From Fistulifera solaris (lineage: Eukaryota): DNA of 64,000 nt. Made by a program: the position numbers and the translations under genes. Positions within the stretch are counted from its first letter, which is position 1; every line of letters starts with the position of its first letter. The stretch is taken from contig AP026134.1 in assembly GCA_030295235.1 (NCBI GenBank), forward strand, positions 744,001-808,000, written 5' to 3'. The notes under the pieces were generated by a model. It did no database searches and had not been told where the DNA came from. It was given only the letters and a program-made list of their open reading frames with translations. Positions 35,782 through 49,254 of this stretch are shown here, piece by piece.

Positions 35782-38241
35782 ATGGGACAATCTGCAAGCA
35801 AGGAGAAATTCGGAGAGTCCGTACAAGCGTTAATTAAGGTTGACATATCGGCCGACGATGCGGACTTTTGGGATGAATTGTGGAAAATACCCAGCTCGGC
35901 AGAAGAAGTGTTCGAGTTGATTCCTCCTTCTGCGGCAAGAAAGTTACGCGATGATCGCTTTGAGAACTTGGCTACCTTATTTACGCAAGCAGTAGCACAG
36001 CTTTGTCAGATCGTTGAAACGCCGTACAGTATCTACTTTGACCAAGCACTCAACTGCGTACGAGTTTTGACGCGGGTTCTGCCGTTTCTTCTCGAGAAAG
36101 GTGCGTATCGAAGACAAAGAAAGGTAGCAGAAGTAATACGTACTCACACTTTCTTACTATTTCAGGTGATCTAGGAGACGCCGACGAAAATGTTGAGCAA
36201 TTGTGTTGGGGAACAGGTTCCGCTGGTTTGGGAAATGACGAAAAAATTGGTTTGATGATTGGAGGAGGCGCCGAGAAGAAAGAGGAAGGGGGAGGTCCCA
36301 ATGTCGGCCAAAATTGCCAACAAGAATTTAGACGAAGATCAGCAAGAACCGCTGGCGTTATTAGTGGTGCACGCTTGCATGCACATGTTATTTTACCACA
36401 GTTTACATGTGATTTTTACGAAGATTCAACCCTCCCGAAACATCGACCTGCAGTCGATAAGACGATCGTCACAAAGGAAGATAAAGAACTCCGAGCGGAA
36501 GTTGGTCTTCGTGAAAAGAAAGTGGAATGGGGAGTCCCTCTTGATCCCACTCCGACGAGTATCATTTGGGCGCCTGGAGTTGGCGTGACGGCCACCGAGT
36601 TGGGCTTTGACGCAGGAACGCGCAAATACGACGTTAACCGGGTGGAAGTCTTGCGACTATTGTTAGCATGCTCGTGTGATCCTCTTTACAGTCCAGCTGA
36701 TGAATACAATCCGCTCGCGAGCCGATGGTTAGGAGTGGCCACTGCCGCGGATGCGCCGAACGCGATTTGCCTATTCTATAGCTTACTCAACACAATCCTC
36801 AATTACGACCCCCGAGCAATGCCGGTCACTACGGGCTTTTCGGAAGGCAATCACGTCAAGCTTGTAGAGTTATCGACACAAGTCCTTTGCGTTCTTCTCG
36901 ATTGTGGATTGCCTGGGACGGCCGAACCGGTCAGCGACCAGAACGGTAAAGAAGTCGTTGAGTTTGATGTCGCAAGCAAAGGTGGTTTCAACATCTTTCG
37001 AACGCTCATGGCCCGCATTGATACTGGTAGGGAGCTGACGTTTATTTACAATGGCTTTTCTCGCTTACTTCGCAACGTATACGAGGCAGAAGCAACCTAC
37101 ATTAGCAGCCGAAGATTAGAATGTTTTCAAGAGCTTCTCGTTTTGTTTTGGAAATTCTCCGAAGAAAACCCATTGTTTGTCAAGCATGCTCTTTTACGCT
37201 GCAACATAAACGAAATTCTTGTTCCGATTTGCTTTCTGATGTACCGAAGTCGTCGAGATCCTTCGCAGATCGGTCTTGTTCACATTTGCACCTTTATTCT
37301 TCTCAAGTTTTCGGGCGAAAGGTCTTTCGGCGTTGCACTGAACAAACAATTCACGAAGAAGCTACCAACCGACCTTCCTCTCTTCCGTGGGTGTCATACT
37401 GACTTGTTAGTCATCACCCTCCACAAGCTGGTAGTCAACGGAGCGTACAAACTGGTACCTTTGTATTCATGCTTTTTGACCATCATCGCAAACGTCTCGC
37501 CCTACTGGAAGAGCATGAGTCTTGTGGCGGCTGTGAAACTCGTCAATCTTTTGAGCTCTTTTCGTCACCTAAGTTTTTGTACTCAGGCGAATTTGCTTAT
37601 CGTCACCTGGCTCTACTTTTGGAAGTGTTCAACAACATTATTCAGTATCAATATCACGGTAACGCTCATCTTGTATACGCGATAGTGAGACGAAAGGATG
37701 CTTTTGGGCAACTCGCTTCTTTGACTCTTGAGCGTGCCCAGGCAGCTTGTCATAAAGTTTACGGCGAGCAAACTTCACAGCAGAAGAATGTGGACGCTGC
37801 AATGAAGTCAATGGACGCTAAAGCAATACCAATGTCGAACAACAATGCCCATGATGATGCCTCGCAGAACTCCGAGGTGGTAGGAACTCCCTTTTATCCC
37901 ACGCAAGAATGGCTCGAAGAGCTCAAGGACAGTCTTCCTATGGAAGCCGTGACACGCCTTTTGCAACACCTTGTACCGGTGGTTGATGATATCGTCAACA
38001 AGAAAAGTGGAGTTGTGGACGAGCAAGAAATTTTAGACGTCCTCAATGAAATTACCATGGTCGGTTTACTACCTGTGCCCCACTCCATTGTTATCCGAAA
38101 ATACCAACCAAATCAATATACCGCGCTCTGGTTCACTGCCTTTATGTGGGGCGTCATCTTTTGCGAAATCAATCACTTCCTCTATTCGACGGAGAATGCA
38201 TTGAGCTGTTTCAGGTGTCCCTCGATGACCACGACGAGTAA
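35782..38241 (+). CDS. HID1: HID1/Ecm30 (Dymeclin-family) Golgi protein
   Basis: MGQSASK myristoylation-like start, IWAPGVG, NRVEVLRLLL, LLKFSGERSFGVALN, YQYHGNAHLVYAIVR, LLPVPHSIVIRKYQPN. Intron ~36101-36165; several indels. Confidence 0.88.
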
Positions 38242-38518
38242 GTTTATGTTAAATTAGTTAATCATAGATATAACTTTTATGTTCTCTGTGAGAAGCAGAC
38301 CCGCGTAACAGAATCAACGATTTCCGACGCAACTGCTTCATGCTTGAACCGTCGGTACAATACTTGCCATCGATCTACAGCCACGGTGCCAACGTAAGAG
38401 CAGAGCAGTTCTGTCTTTAAATGCAACTATAAATTAAATTAAATCAAATCAAACTTAGTCGTAAATTAAATTCGATTACAAAACGACACCAATATCACTC
38501 TATCTTTTCAATAATAAC

Positions 38519-39698
38519 TTAGTTGACAGGCTCCGGTTTGAGCGCCGTGGCTTCGTCCCACAGATTCTGGAATAGCGCTGTAGAGAGGTATCGCTCTCCG
38601 AACGAAGGAATGATGGCGACGATACGCTTTCCAGCGTTTTCCGGGCGCTTGGCTACTTGCGAAGCCGCCAAGACGGCCGCTCCGGAGGAAATACCGCAAA
38701 AGATTCCTTCTTCCAAGGCCATACGACGAGCCATTGCCATGGCATCTTCACCCGCAATCTGCACGACTTCGTCGATCAAAGATGTATCGGCATTGCCCGG
38801 AATGAAACCAGCGCCAATTCCTTGAATTTTGTGGGGCCCCGGCTTGCCACCACTCAAGACCGCGGACTCCATGGGTTCGACGGCAACAATTTGCAGGGAG
38901 GGATTCAGTGGCTTCAGGTACTGTCCACACCCAGTGAGAGTTCCGCCCGTGCCTACACCACCGACCAGAATGTCGATTTTTCCGTCCGTATCGGTCCAAA
39001 TTTCCGGACCGGTCGTTTCACGGTGGATCTTTGGGTTGTCGGGGTTGTTGAATTGCTGCAACAACATACCATCCGGTCCAAGTGAATTGACGATCTCTTC
39101 CGCCTTGGCGATGGCTGCCCGTTCATAACGAGATTGTGCGTGACACGTGAGAATAATACGAAATGAATGACAAGAGGTCGACAACGTTAACTTGGTTAAA
39201 AGCAGACGAGACAATAAACTCACCTCCTCCCATTCCCTTGGCCGCCGGAGTGAGAATGACTTCCGCACCGAAAGCCTTGAGCAAGACACGACGTTCCATC
39301 GACATGGACTCGGGCATGGTAAGCTTCAATTTGTATCCTTTCGCGGCTGCCACCATGGCCAGACCAATGCCCGTGTTTCCGGAAGTTGGTTCGACGAGGA
39401 CGGTCTTTCCGGGTGTAATATCACCACGGGCTTCCGCTTCCGTGATCATGCTCAAGGCAATGCGGTCTTTCACCGAATTTGCCGGATTACTGCTCTCCAA
39501 TTTGACCACGACTTCGGCGACACTTCCCTCTGTGACTCGATTGAGCTTGACAAGCGGCGTATTGCCAATGAGCTCGAGGATATTGTTCGCGATCTTCGTT
39601 GCTGGCAAAGCCGACGATGCGGAAGGAACCGAGCGAGGCACAAACGCATCACTGGTCGAAAGAAGAGTCAGAAGTGCAGGGAAAAGAAAACGAGTCAT
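38519..39698 (-). CDS. cysK: cysteine synthase A (O-acetylserine thiol-lyase), plastid-targeted
   Basis: [55 protein letters not shown]; presequence SDA-FVP; intron 39115-39223. Confidence 0.95.
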
Positions 39699-40318
39699 GT
39701 TGAATATCACACTAAAAGTGTTTTGGTTGCTGTTGTGATACCTGGTAGTGTTGGGAGAATTATAATAAGCGAAACAAAAGATCTTTGGTCGTTGCCCTGC
39801 GTCTATCATATCCACCCGATGACTTTACTTACCCACGCTACTTTTTCGTCTTCAGTCTCTGGAACCTGTGAGACAGAAGCGAAGAACAGCAAAAACGAAA
39901 CAATCTTCTCTCTGTTTTTGCCAACTATTAATCATCATAGCCCTTTCCACTCACCTTAGTATTTTTGTACCAACAAGCACTAATCGACATCTCAATTGAA
40001 ATCACAATGTATAAGAAATGACAAAAGATGCAACGCTACAAAAGTCTTAGAGGTGGAATTCATGTAGCCCCCGTAAGGAATTTTATCGATGTACTGTAGT
40101 TAGAATTCGGACTTTGCAAAATGTCACCTCACCCTATTTGGGTAATCTAGGTGCATTGCTACGTAGCCTCGTAGAGAATTTATCGACAAGGGGGTACCCG
40201 GATATTAGTACATTACTGCACTTGCATTCCGACCCAATTTTTTCTTTGAATTGCATTGAATTGCAACCATGTCGCTACAATTCATAAGTTGAACAGAGAG
40301 TTTTATTCAAATAGCAAA

Positions 40319-41677
40319 ATGTCGACACTTTCTCGAATATACCGCTCTACGGCGACTCATGGTAACTACGACACAATCTTTTTGATTCTTCTCTTGACAT
40401 TCGAGTTGGTCATCAGCATTGCCATTGTTCGATACGTTCCTTACACAGAAATCGACTGGAAAGCGTATATGCAAGAAGTTGAAGCATGGTTGGAAGGTGA
40501 GAGCAACTACATGAATATACGAGGCGATACTGGGCCTCTGGTTTATCCGGCGGGCTTTTTATACCTATTTGCATTGTTGCGATGGCTCACGGACGATGGC
40601 AAAAATATCACCAAAGCACAGTCTATTTTTATTGGTATTTACTGGATGCAGCAATTCACCGTTTTACTCATTTATCAAGAAAGAATTCCTTGGATTCGGT
40701 CGCGTTGCAAAGAAAAAGACAAGTTGACGCTAGCGCATCATGTTTGGGCGTGGCGTGGTGCCATGGCAATCACGTGCTTTTCCAAAAGGATTCATTCTAT
40801 TTTTCTTCTCCGTTTATTCAATGATGGCCCAACCATGCTACTGTTATACATTTCCGTCCTATTATTCATGCGTCAAAGATGGAATGTGGGGTGTATCGTG
40901 TTTTCGTTGGCGGTTTCGATGAAAATGAATGTTCTGCTCTTTGCTCCTGGATTGCTCTTATTACTTCTTCAAGCTAGTCCGGACCTAAAAACCGTCATTC
41001 TCCGACTCGGACTTGGCTGTGCTTTGCCCCAATTAATACTCGGAGCGCCGTTTTTGACAACCTACCCAGTGTCGTATCTTCGTAAGGCCTTTGAGCTGGA
41101 CCGCGTCTTCTTTTACAAATGGACAGTAAATTGGAAGGTAAGAAAATGTGTGGCTCTGAAAGAAAGCACTTGATCAACTCTGATATTTCTTGAAGTTTCT
41201 GCCAGAGGATCTATTCTTAGCCAAGTCCGTTTCGCTTGTCTTGCTCTTTTGCCACCTATCTGGATTGGGCATATTGTCCGTTCGATGGCTTCGCGCGGCA
41301 CAGAAACAGACTGCCAAGCGGTTATTCTTGCGTCAACCACTCTCTTCCCATTATATAGCATACACCATGTTTGTGTCAAACTTTGTCGGAATTGCATTTG
41401 CGCGAACACTGCATTACCAGTTTTATTCGTGGTATTTTGCTGCATTACCGTACTTATTTTGGTCATCGTCGAGTGGCGAATCTTTTTCAACATGGGCGTT
41501 CAGATTACTTCCGATTGCCGGTGTAGAAGTTGCTTTTTGACATTTCCTGCTACCCCTTGGAGTAGTGCGATACTACAATTAAGTCATGTTGCCGTTCTCC
41601 TGAGTATTCAACCTCCGCTTGTTATCGACGATGAGCAGGCCACCAAAGCCGTCGAGGCAGCCCGGAAGAGAGACTAA
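40319..41677 (+). CDS. ALG3: Dol-P-Man:Man5GlcNAc2-PP-Dol alpha-1,3-mannosyltransferase
   Basis: [60 protein letters not shown]; intron ~41138-41194. Confidence 0.95.
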
Positions 41678-41757
41678 ACTACTTAAAATCAAAATAAATA
41701 CTCCGCATATGCACAAAGTATCAGTTATTTGCTTTTCTTTACTGCCTTTTGTGTCCT

Positions 41758-43079
41758 CTACTCTTGCAGGAAGAACGGGTGCTGTAGAGCGGCTTTGCAG
41801 GCGATTCGTCGATCCGGGTCGTAAGCGAGTAGCTTGTTCAGTAAATCCACACCCACCGGTCCTCCCAGTAACTTTGATGCTACAAAAATCCGTTATAGGC
41901 CGTTCTCGCCATAGCGGGAACTCTGCGTTGTAATGTGGGAGACGCAGACGGCAGGCCAGGTTTCTCCATTCGGAGTTCCCCGGCGTTGAAAGATTTTAAA
42001 AATTTGGTCGCTGCGACGAGGCCGTGATAAGCTAAAAAGTTGCAATGGCGCAAACAAGTCTCAAGGACAAAAACTTACATATCACTTCGACCAGGGAATA
42101 GGGGCATGCCGTTGGCCATCTCCGCAAAGATACACCCGATACTCCATACATCCACTGCCGTACTGTATCGATTGGCCCCTAACAATAATTCCGGCGATCT
42201 ATACCAAAGCGTGACGACCTCAAATGTATAGGGTCCATTGGGGATCGCCGACAATCGAGCTAGACCAAAATCGGCCAACTTGACATGCTTGCCGTCACCG
42301 GAAATGAGGAGCTAAAGAAGCACGTCAATGATAAGATGAAAACGTCGCTATTCGTGACAATAGCACCATAATTCTCACGCAACTTACATTATGAGGCTTC
42401 AAATCACGATGCAAAATCCGATAGGTGTGACAACAGCCAACTCCTGCAATAATTTGACGAAGAAACGATCGCACTGTGGAAATCGGTAACCCAATCCGTT
42501 CATTGATATCGTCCGATTTTTGACACTTGTCCATGTAACTCTTCAAATCGAACTTGACATATTCGAACACAAGATACAGGCCGTCTGGTTGAGCTTGGAT
42601 GATATCATAGAGTTTGACCTAATCAAAAGAAGATTGTCAGACACGGAATCAGTCGAATTAAGAAATTATGTTGGAAGGAACTCACCACATTAGGATGATC
42701 TAACTCACGAAGTAAGCTAATTTCACGGATCACGTTGCAAGGAACGCCACCTTCCGGGGTAGAATCCGTAAAGGGGATGCGTTTGATCGCGACAATGTCG
42801 TTGTTATCCAATTTTCGGCCCTTGTATACAATGCCATACGCTCCTTGACCTAGCATATCCGTCCTAAAGAACAAATATAAATATGTAAGGTCGAAAGGAA
42901 ATGAAGTATAAAAAGAAAAAACAGCTACCTTTGCCGTACCGTTCATAACCTTCCAAGGCAGGTTCCTCTTCGAGTCCTCCGTGACGACCTCGACGATGAT
43001 CGACTTCCATATTCTCGTCCTCATCATCCGATACTTGCTCGATCAAATCGGCATCGTCGTCAAACATATCGTTATTCAT
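41758..43079 (-). CDS. cyclin-dependent kinase with a non-canonical PCNVIRE cyclin-binding helix
   Basis: [54 protein letters not shown], ends [10 protein letters not shown]; about 4 introns. Confidence 0.9.
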
Positions 43080-43488
43080 TGCTTATTCTTATCGAAAGGC
43101 GTCTCAAATACTAATCGTTGTGTGGAAGTAGAAGGACCATAGGGATCTTTTCGGGTGTTCGTCTCCGCGCCGCGGTCCTCGTTGGTCTTTTTTAATCTCG
43201 GTGAAAAGGCATATCCTCCAAAATTTTTCAACGGATACGTATTGCGCCATGGCGCGAAGCAGGCCAGGCCTTGTATAGCATAATGCCAGTGCGACTAGAA
43301 AAACATTCTGTTCTTACTATTCGATGAATTTCAAACTTGTTGCGATTCATTCATTCCAAGAACGAGAGCCTTACATCATAGCGCGCTCGTGTTCGAATTT
43401 GGCCTGGTCCCTTGCGTCACGATCTTTCGTAACTTTATTTTGTTCGAAAGACCAAGCACACAAAAAGAAATTAGCAGCGCTTTTAATT

Positions 43489-44022
43489 ATGTCCTTCAAA
43501 CGACTCTTTGCTCGAATTGCTTTTGTGTCACTGGCCTCCCGTCCTTCCTCGGGTGCATTTGTTGCTCCCAGTATTCCTCGTTTTAGTAACGCTTACCGAG
43601 CTCCTCTACAAATCAATCATCAAGTGCGCCGCATGGCTGCCTCGTCTACTGCCGAAATCAAGCACGTCGGCAAAGAAGAAATGCGAAAGATATTAAATGG
43701 CTACGAAGAGAACGGTCGCGAAGCATCAGGATGTGTCGTGATTGATGTTCGAACGGAAGAGGAGGTCTATTCGACGGGAAAATTGAGTCCGAGTGTGCAT
43801 ACTCTTCCTGTGCAAGTGATAATGCAAGCAAATGTATTTCAAATGGATCCTGATGATTTTGAAGATTATTGTGGCTTTGCCAAGCCCACGGTTGACGAGA
43901 CTATTGTGTTTTCGTGTGCTGCGGGGGTGCGATCCGTGTATGCTTGTCAATTTGCGGCAAAAGCGGGTTACTCGAATCTCATCAACTATGTGGGCGGAAG
44001 TCATGAATGGTTTGGAAATTAG
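43489..44022 (+). CDS. single-domain rhodanese/sulfurtransferase, organelle-targeted
   Basis: VIDVRTEEE, active-site loop FSCAAGVRS, NYVGGSHEW; presequence SGA-FVAP. Confidence 0.85.
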   Translation: MSFKRLFARIAFVSLASRPSSGAFVAPSIPRFSNAYRAPLQINHQVRRMAASSTAEIKHVGKEEMRKILNGYEENGREASGCVVIDVRTEEEVYSTGKLSPSVHTLPVQVIMQANVFQMDPDDFEDYCGFAKPTVDETIVFSCAAGVRSVYACQFAAKAGYSNLINYVGGSHEWFGN

Positions 44023-44152
44023 AAATATATACTAACATTAGTGATGATCGAATTCCTCGTGTTTTACGTGTTGAGAATAGAGGAACCTGTCATATTATTA
44101 TAAGGTGGAAATGGAAAGAGTTATACAAATGTTCCGAAACGCACGATCGCGT

Positions 44153-44720
44153 TTACTGCGGCAGGTAAATGTAGTCGGAACTGTCATCCTGACGAGGAAC
44201 AAGAAGACTGGGAGACATATCCCTTAACGGAGACTCGAGTGGACGGGAAATATTTGATCCAGTTCTCGGCGTTGCGGTGACATGAACCGGCGACTGGCCA
44301 TGCGCCATGATACTACGATAATAATTCGCCAGAAATTCCTCTCGCGCTGCCACCGCAAGGCTGGAGCGGATCGGTGGATTTGTAGAATCACCATCAAAGT
44401 TTTCTGCCTCCAAAGCTCGCACAATTTCCTCAAGAGTCTCCTCTTCTTGCTTATTTTGCAATTCAAAAAACGCCTCCATAAACTGATCACAGCTCGTGAA
44501 TTCGGCGCCGACGAGGTCTATGCAATTGAGGAGACAAGAATAAATCAGAGTGTGAGTAAGAGCGAGTATTGACGTGCTCAGTCCATCTGTAGAATCACGT
44601 ACTCGAGCCGCTCGCGGTCCAAAGATTTTGAGGAAAGACCAGATGGTGCTAGCCATATTGCATAACTTGAGCGTTGGAAATATCAGCTAACGATTTCGAC
44701 CGGAATTGACCCACTCAATA
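44153..44720 (-). CDS. small hypothetical protein with a probable intron (~44519-44602); 5' end uncertain
   Basis: ORF 44153-44656 contains GTACGT donor, CTCAC branch and TAG acceptor signals on the minus strand; no family recognised. Confidence 0.35.
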
Positions 44721-45843
44721 AAAAACGGCTGGAATTCGGCACCCGACAACAAACGAAAAAGCCAGTAACAAGGCGTTCTGGCTTACTATTGTTGCTTTGT
44801 TTTGGTTTGCTTTGTTTCCATCCAAATAAGCAATAAAATTCTTTCGACGTCGATTTCCTCATCCGCAGCGCCGTGCTTTTTCTCAGCATGCGTTCTCAAC
44901 GAGTATCATCAAAACCGAGGCCGACGACTCTAGAGGTCACAGATCCTACCTAAACGCCTCGGGTACACATTTAGCCATATCAAATTTATACTGTACTGTT
45001 TACTGTAGTATCGACAAAGGAGGTAAGGAAAATAATCGAAGCGCTGCGTTTTGTTCTTGTTGTTGTTGATGGTAAAACAATCAAAAGAACCCTTTAACAG
45101 CGTAATGGGGTTTTAGTTGCTTTCACCGCCCTCATCGCTGTTTTGGCTAGTTTTCTAGCTGAGGCGGTTTGTATACTGAAACGAAAGTTTCACGTTTGTT
45201 TTGCTGTAACAATCTTCGTCTCTTGCACTCCGAGGAAATTGTGATCTGTCTGATGCGCCAATCTGTGCCAAGCAGCGGGGAAAACTGCTCGTTACTGTTA
45301 GCTTTGAATTTGTTTGCAATAAGAGTGTAAAAGGCCTTCGCCAAGATGCATATTAGATGATGCTACGAGAAGTCGCCGATGAAGTCCCCATTTGTCTTGC
45401 GGCGTGTCGCTAAATTGGTCCTGCAAGTTGGAACGATTGTTGGGGCTGACAAATGATATGAGAAAGAGAGAGAGAGAGAGAGCTGTTGGCCATGGTTCGA
45501 AGATTAATAACCAAAAGGTGTGTTCGCAATATTCTTTTCATGTTTCATCTCAGCACCTCTCAGAGACAAGGCCGACCAATGTCCATGAAGTAGACACCAT
45601 TCAACGCAAATCGTGTGTGTTCTTCATTTTTTGACTTAAAAAATACGGCCCTATGTAGTTAAAAGCTCTCATTAGAGTTTCTCTTCTTGACTTCTGACCT
45701 GCTCTTACCACAACGTATCATTTCTAGAGTCAATGATCTTTTTAACTGACAGACCAATAATGAGCATTATTCCCTTAAATAGTAACTAGTATTCTGAAAC
45801 TAAAGATCGCTTGCGGTGTATACCTTGCAATCGTTAGTTGGTC

Positions 45844-48800
45844 TTATTTATTGAGACATGCCGGGACTGGAATTTCTGGCCCTCCATCCGTCGTCGTTTG
45901 GAACGCATCGTCTATTGGAACGCGCAGATGCACATTCTCGCGTTTACAACTACTCCGTATTATTTTATCTCGCATTATCATCGACCACAAAAAGGCGCGA
46001 TCGATCCTCCAATTTAAATCATTATGCAGTCTACTATGAGTGTCATTACGCTTCTTTGAATTAAACTCGACACCTTCCCCGCGAATCACAAAGCTCGTTG
46101 GATCGAATTCGCTCATATCGGCATCCTCGTTCTCAATGCGCCACAATCGTTTCTCGTCTTCCATTAAAAAGGCTTTCCACTCTTTCCATTTAACATCTTT
46201 TGCTGCTCGATTATCAGGGACAACAATGTTTTGAGCTTGAATTTCTCTCATGAATTGCGCGAAGTGCAAATTCTTTCTGAGGTCGTTCACCGGAATTCGC
46301 CCCGCAGCTCTACCTGGTAAGTCCACTCCTCTCTTTCTCGATCGTGAGTTTGCTTTGAGTGGATCATCTTTAACCTGTAGCAACCCCTCAACAGCCGCAT
46401 TTGTTCGCAATGCTTGCAGCCCATTTTGCTTTGACAGTAAGCGCGTTTCGATCATTGATCGAGCAGCGCTGTATTCTTCTGCCCCCATGCGCAAAGAGAT
46501 CGCTGCCAGTTGTGTTTGCTTTATACTGGCCATATCGGCAATGTACTTGATTGCATCTTTCTCCCGAAGCCGTATTCTTTTACCAGAATCTCGTCCGCCA
46601 TCGCTATCGCTCTCCTCTGTTTCATCGTCCTCTCTGCTGCTGCCCATAATGAAATCGTTGGATGCGATAGCCATTATATTTGCGCCTGTCTCTGTCTTTC
46701 CTGTTTTTTTGATGTTAGCGGTGGCTTTTACAAGTCGTTCTTGATTTTGCGCTGAACTTGGTTCCGCGGCGAAATGACTTAACACAAATGCTCTGTGCGG
46801 GTTTGCTAGAGTATTGCTTCGGTCCCAGATATCGTTTCCATTGGCAATAAATTCAAGAATAGCCACACACTGAGTCACCAAAGGGTCTGCTCGAGTTGCC
46901 GCTATTGAATCCTTGGAGTGCTCGCGGAGCCACTTATTGAAATTATGTGTGTTGATTGATCTTCCTATCATTACCGATTCATATTGAGGAGAATTCAGTT
47001 GACAATCAACCTCATGGCCCAACAGAAGTAACGATACTATTCTCCCTGTTTCATGTTCTCCGAAAGCTGCACGAAGAAGCCGCAATGAATTTACGTAGCG
47101 CTGATTGTGTTTAATCACCTGGACTATTGCTATTTTGAAAAATCGCTCTGGGAGCTCTTCTTTGGTCGCGTTCTCTTTGGTAGTAAGGCCGTTCAAAATT
47201 GAAACAAAGTCAGCAAAGTTTGGATGTGTTCGCCATGATCCTTGTAGTTCCTCGAGCAACTTGATGTCAGAAAAGTATCTTACAACGCTATGAAACGTAA
47301 GAAATCCAGGTTCTCCAATATTTGGATCAAGCTTCCCGTTCCACTTCATAGCCGGATTTACAAATGATTTAGCAAAGGCTGCAATAAAGGCCACATCAGC
47401 ATGCAGCATTGATTCGCTCATCGAAGAAAGCAATCCGCTTGCAATCCTATTGGATCTTGTGTCGCTTTTGTTTTTGTTCATGACCATTGTACAGATGGCC
47501 AACACTATTTGATAATAAAGAAGAAGCCACGCCGCTAGTTTCCCAAAAGTCCACCAACGGGTGATCAGGGGCTCTTGAATGTTGGCAATAAGTCCTTTGG
47601 GAACCTCTACATTTGGATAAGAGATCTTCCAACATTCAGCCGCAAGCATGCGCCACGAACCAGGTGAGTTTGCCTCAATGTCTTTGTACATATCAAAGAC
47701 GGCGTGGATTAATTGTGCCGCATTTCGATTATCTATCCCACCATCACCGATAAGTTGCTTACAGGGAAGGCGCAAAACAGATTGGACATCGTGATTGCCA
47801 CAAGAATTTCCTCCATTCTGATGGCGTGCCTGGTCAATTCGGTTAAGTTCGTATAGCATGTTAAAGAGCGACTCTGGTGTTCCGCCACCTGAATCACATG
47901 TCAGATCACATAGACGAAGTGTCGGTAAGTTGAAGGTGTTTGTAAGCGTAAAGTCAATTCCGTGGGCAATCTCACTGGCCTTCTTGCCACTTTTTGCGAG
48001 ACCAGCAAAAATTCGTACAATTGAACCCTCTGATGTTTGTGTTGTATTGCTCGCATCCCAAAGATTGAATGCTTGCACAGAAGACCCATCGGGGGCCCCA
48101 TCTTCCTGGACATATACTTCATCTGCTTTTTCCATACGATCTGCAGCAATTATGGTCTGATCGACTGCAAGCTCTTTTATGTAGTCCGTTATAGTTGAGG
48201 CCGCAGGAGAGCAATTTGCTATCTTTCCGATTGAATATACTTCGCCGTGGATTTTAGTATTCAGTCCTAACTCAGCAAAAAATGTCCACCTAGCAATTGC
48301 AATGAGACGTGACGTGGACTCTACGGAAACGGTGGGGTGGGCGGCGGCAAACGCAGCGATTAGCGTACGTGATTGTTTTGTTGACACGCACGACTTCATT
48401 TTTAGTTTTGCTCGAATTGCATTCATGAAGAGCTTTTCCTTTTGAGCTTCTTTAGGCTGCTCTTGTCAATAACACAGTAATTGTTTGGCACATCTCTCAC
48501 AACATGGCCGCATTTAACTTTCCAATCGGACAAACCCATCCCTGACTTGATTTTTTCTTTCTGAAGTGGGCTTCTTTCATCAGCGATGTAGTGGACCTTT
48601 TTTAGAGAGTAAGAGTCTCGTCTGAAATCAAGGCTGTTGTGTATCATGATGGGTGGACCCGCGAAGTGCTCTGATGGAAACTCTTCATTGTAAGCCATTT
48701 TCCAGGCGATGCGCATCTTATCAAGAGCTTGCTGTCGTGGATCTGTAGCAACAATTGCCTCTTTTGTTTCTTGTTGTTGAGCTTCAATTGTTTTCTTTTC

Positions 48801-49254
48801 ATCTTCTGTTATTTTTGTATTTACTTTTTTGACTCTTTCATTGGCTACGGCTTGCATCCCCACTTCAGGAGAAGGAGGAATTTTACGACAGAAGCTGAGT
48901 GACTCGTCATAGCGATCCTGCCATTGTTCTACTGTAATGTCTGTGCTGAGTAAAGCCTTCTTGATGTGCATAGTGCCACTGTGTATTAAATAGAAGTTGC
49001 ACAAAGTCGGGCGCTGACAGCCTTCCCGAGTAATGGAACCGGATTGCGTTTTAATGGAGAGTGTATGCAGATCGGCGCCATTGGTTCCTTCAGCAAATTC
49101 TCTCAGCACTCGCGCAACCGTTTTTTGGGGGGAATGGAGTAGCTGTAAAGCAGCCAACAAGAATCGTCCAAGCTTCTGGTGGCATCCACCTCCCGTGAAA
49201 ACGTGGGTCGGCTAAGATTTTCTTTAGAAGCTCACGTGCATCTTGTATTGTCAT
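45844..49254 (-). mobile_element. large divergent DDE transposase-like gene (hAT-related signature), ~1100 aa over three frames
   Basis: ATG at 49254; indels at ~49125 and ~48425. Ordered motifs VQED (~48100), TCDSGGG (~47890), CGNH (~47800), PLITRWWT (~47560) and PSSAQNQERLVK (~46745). Intronless, with AT-rich non-coding flanks. Element ends not determined. Confidence 0.65.

Noticed and set aside
45460..45483. (GA)n microsatellite
   Set aside because: Ordinary short simple repeat.
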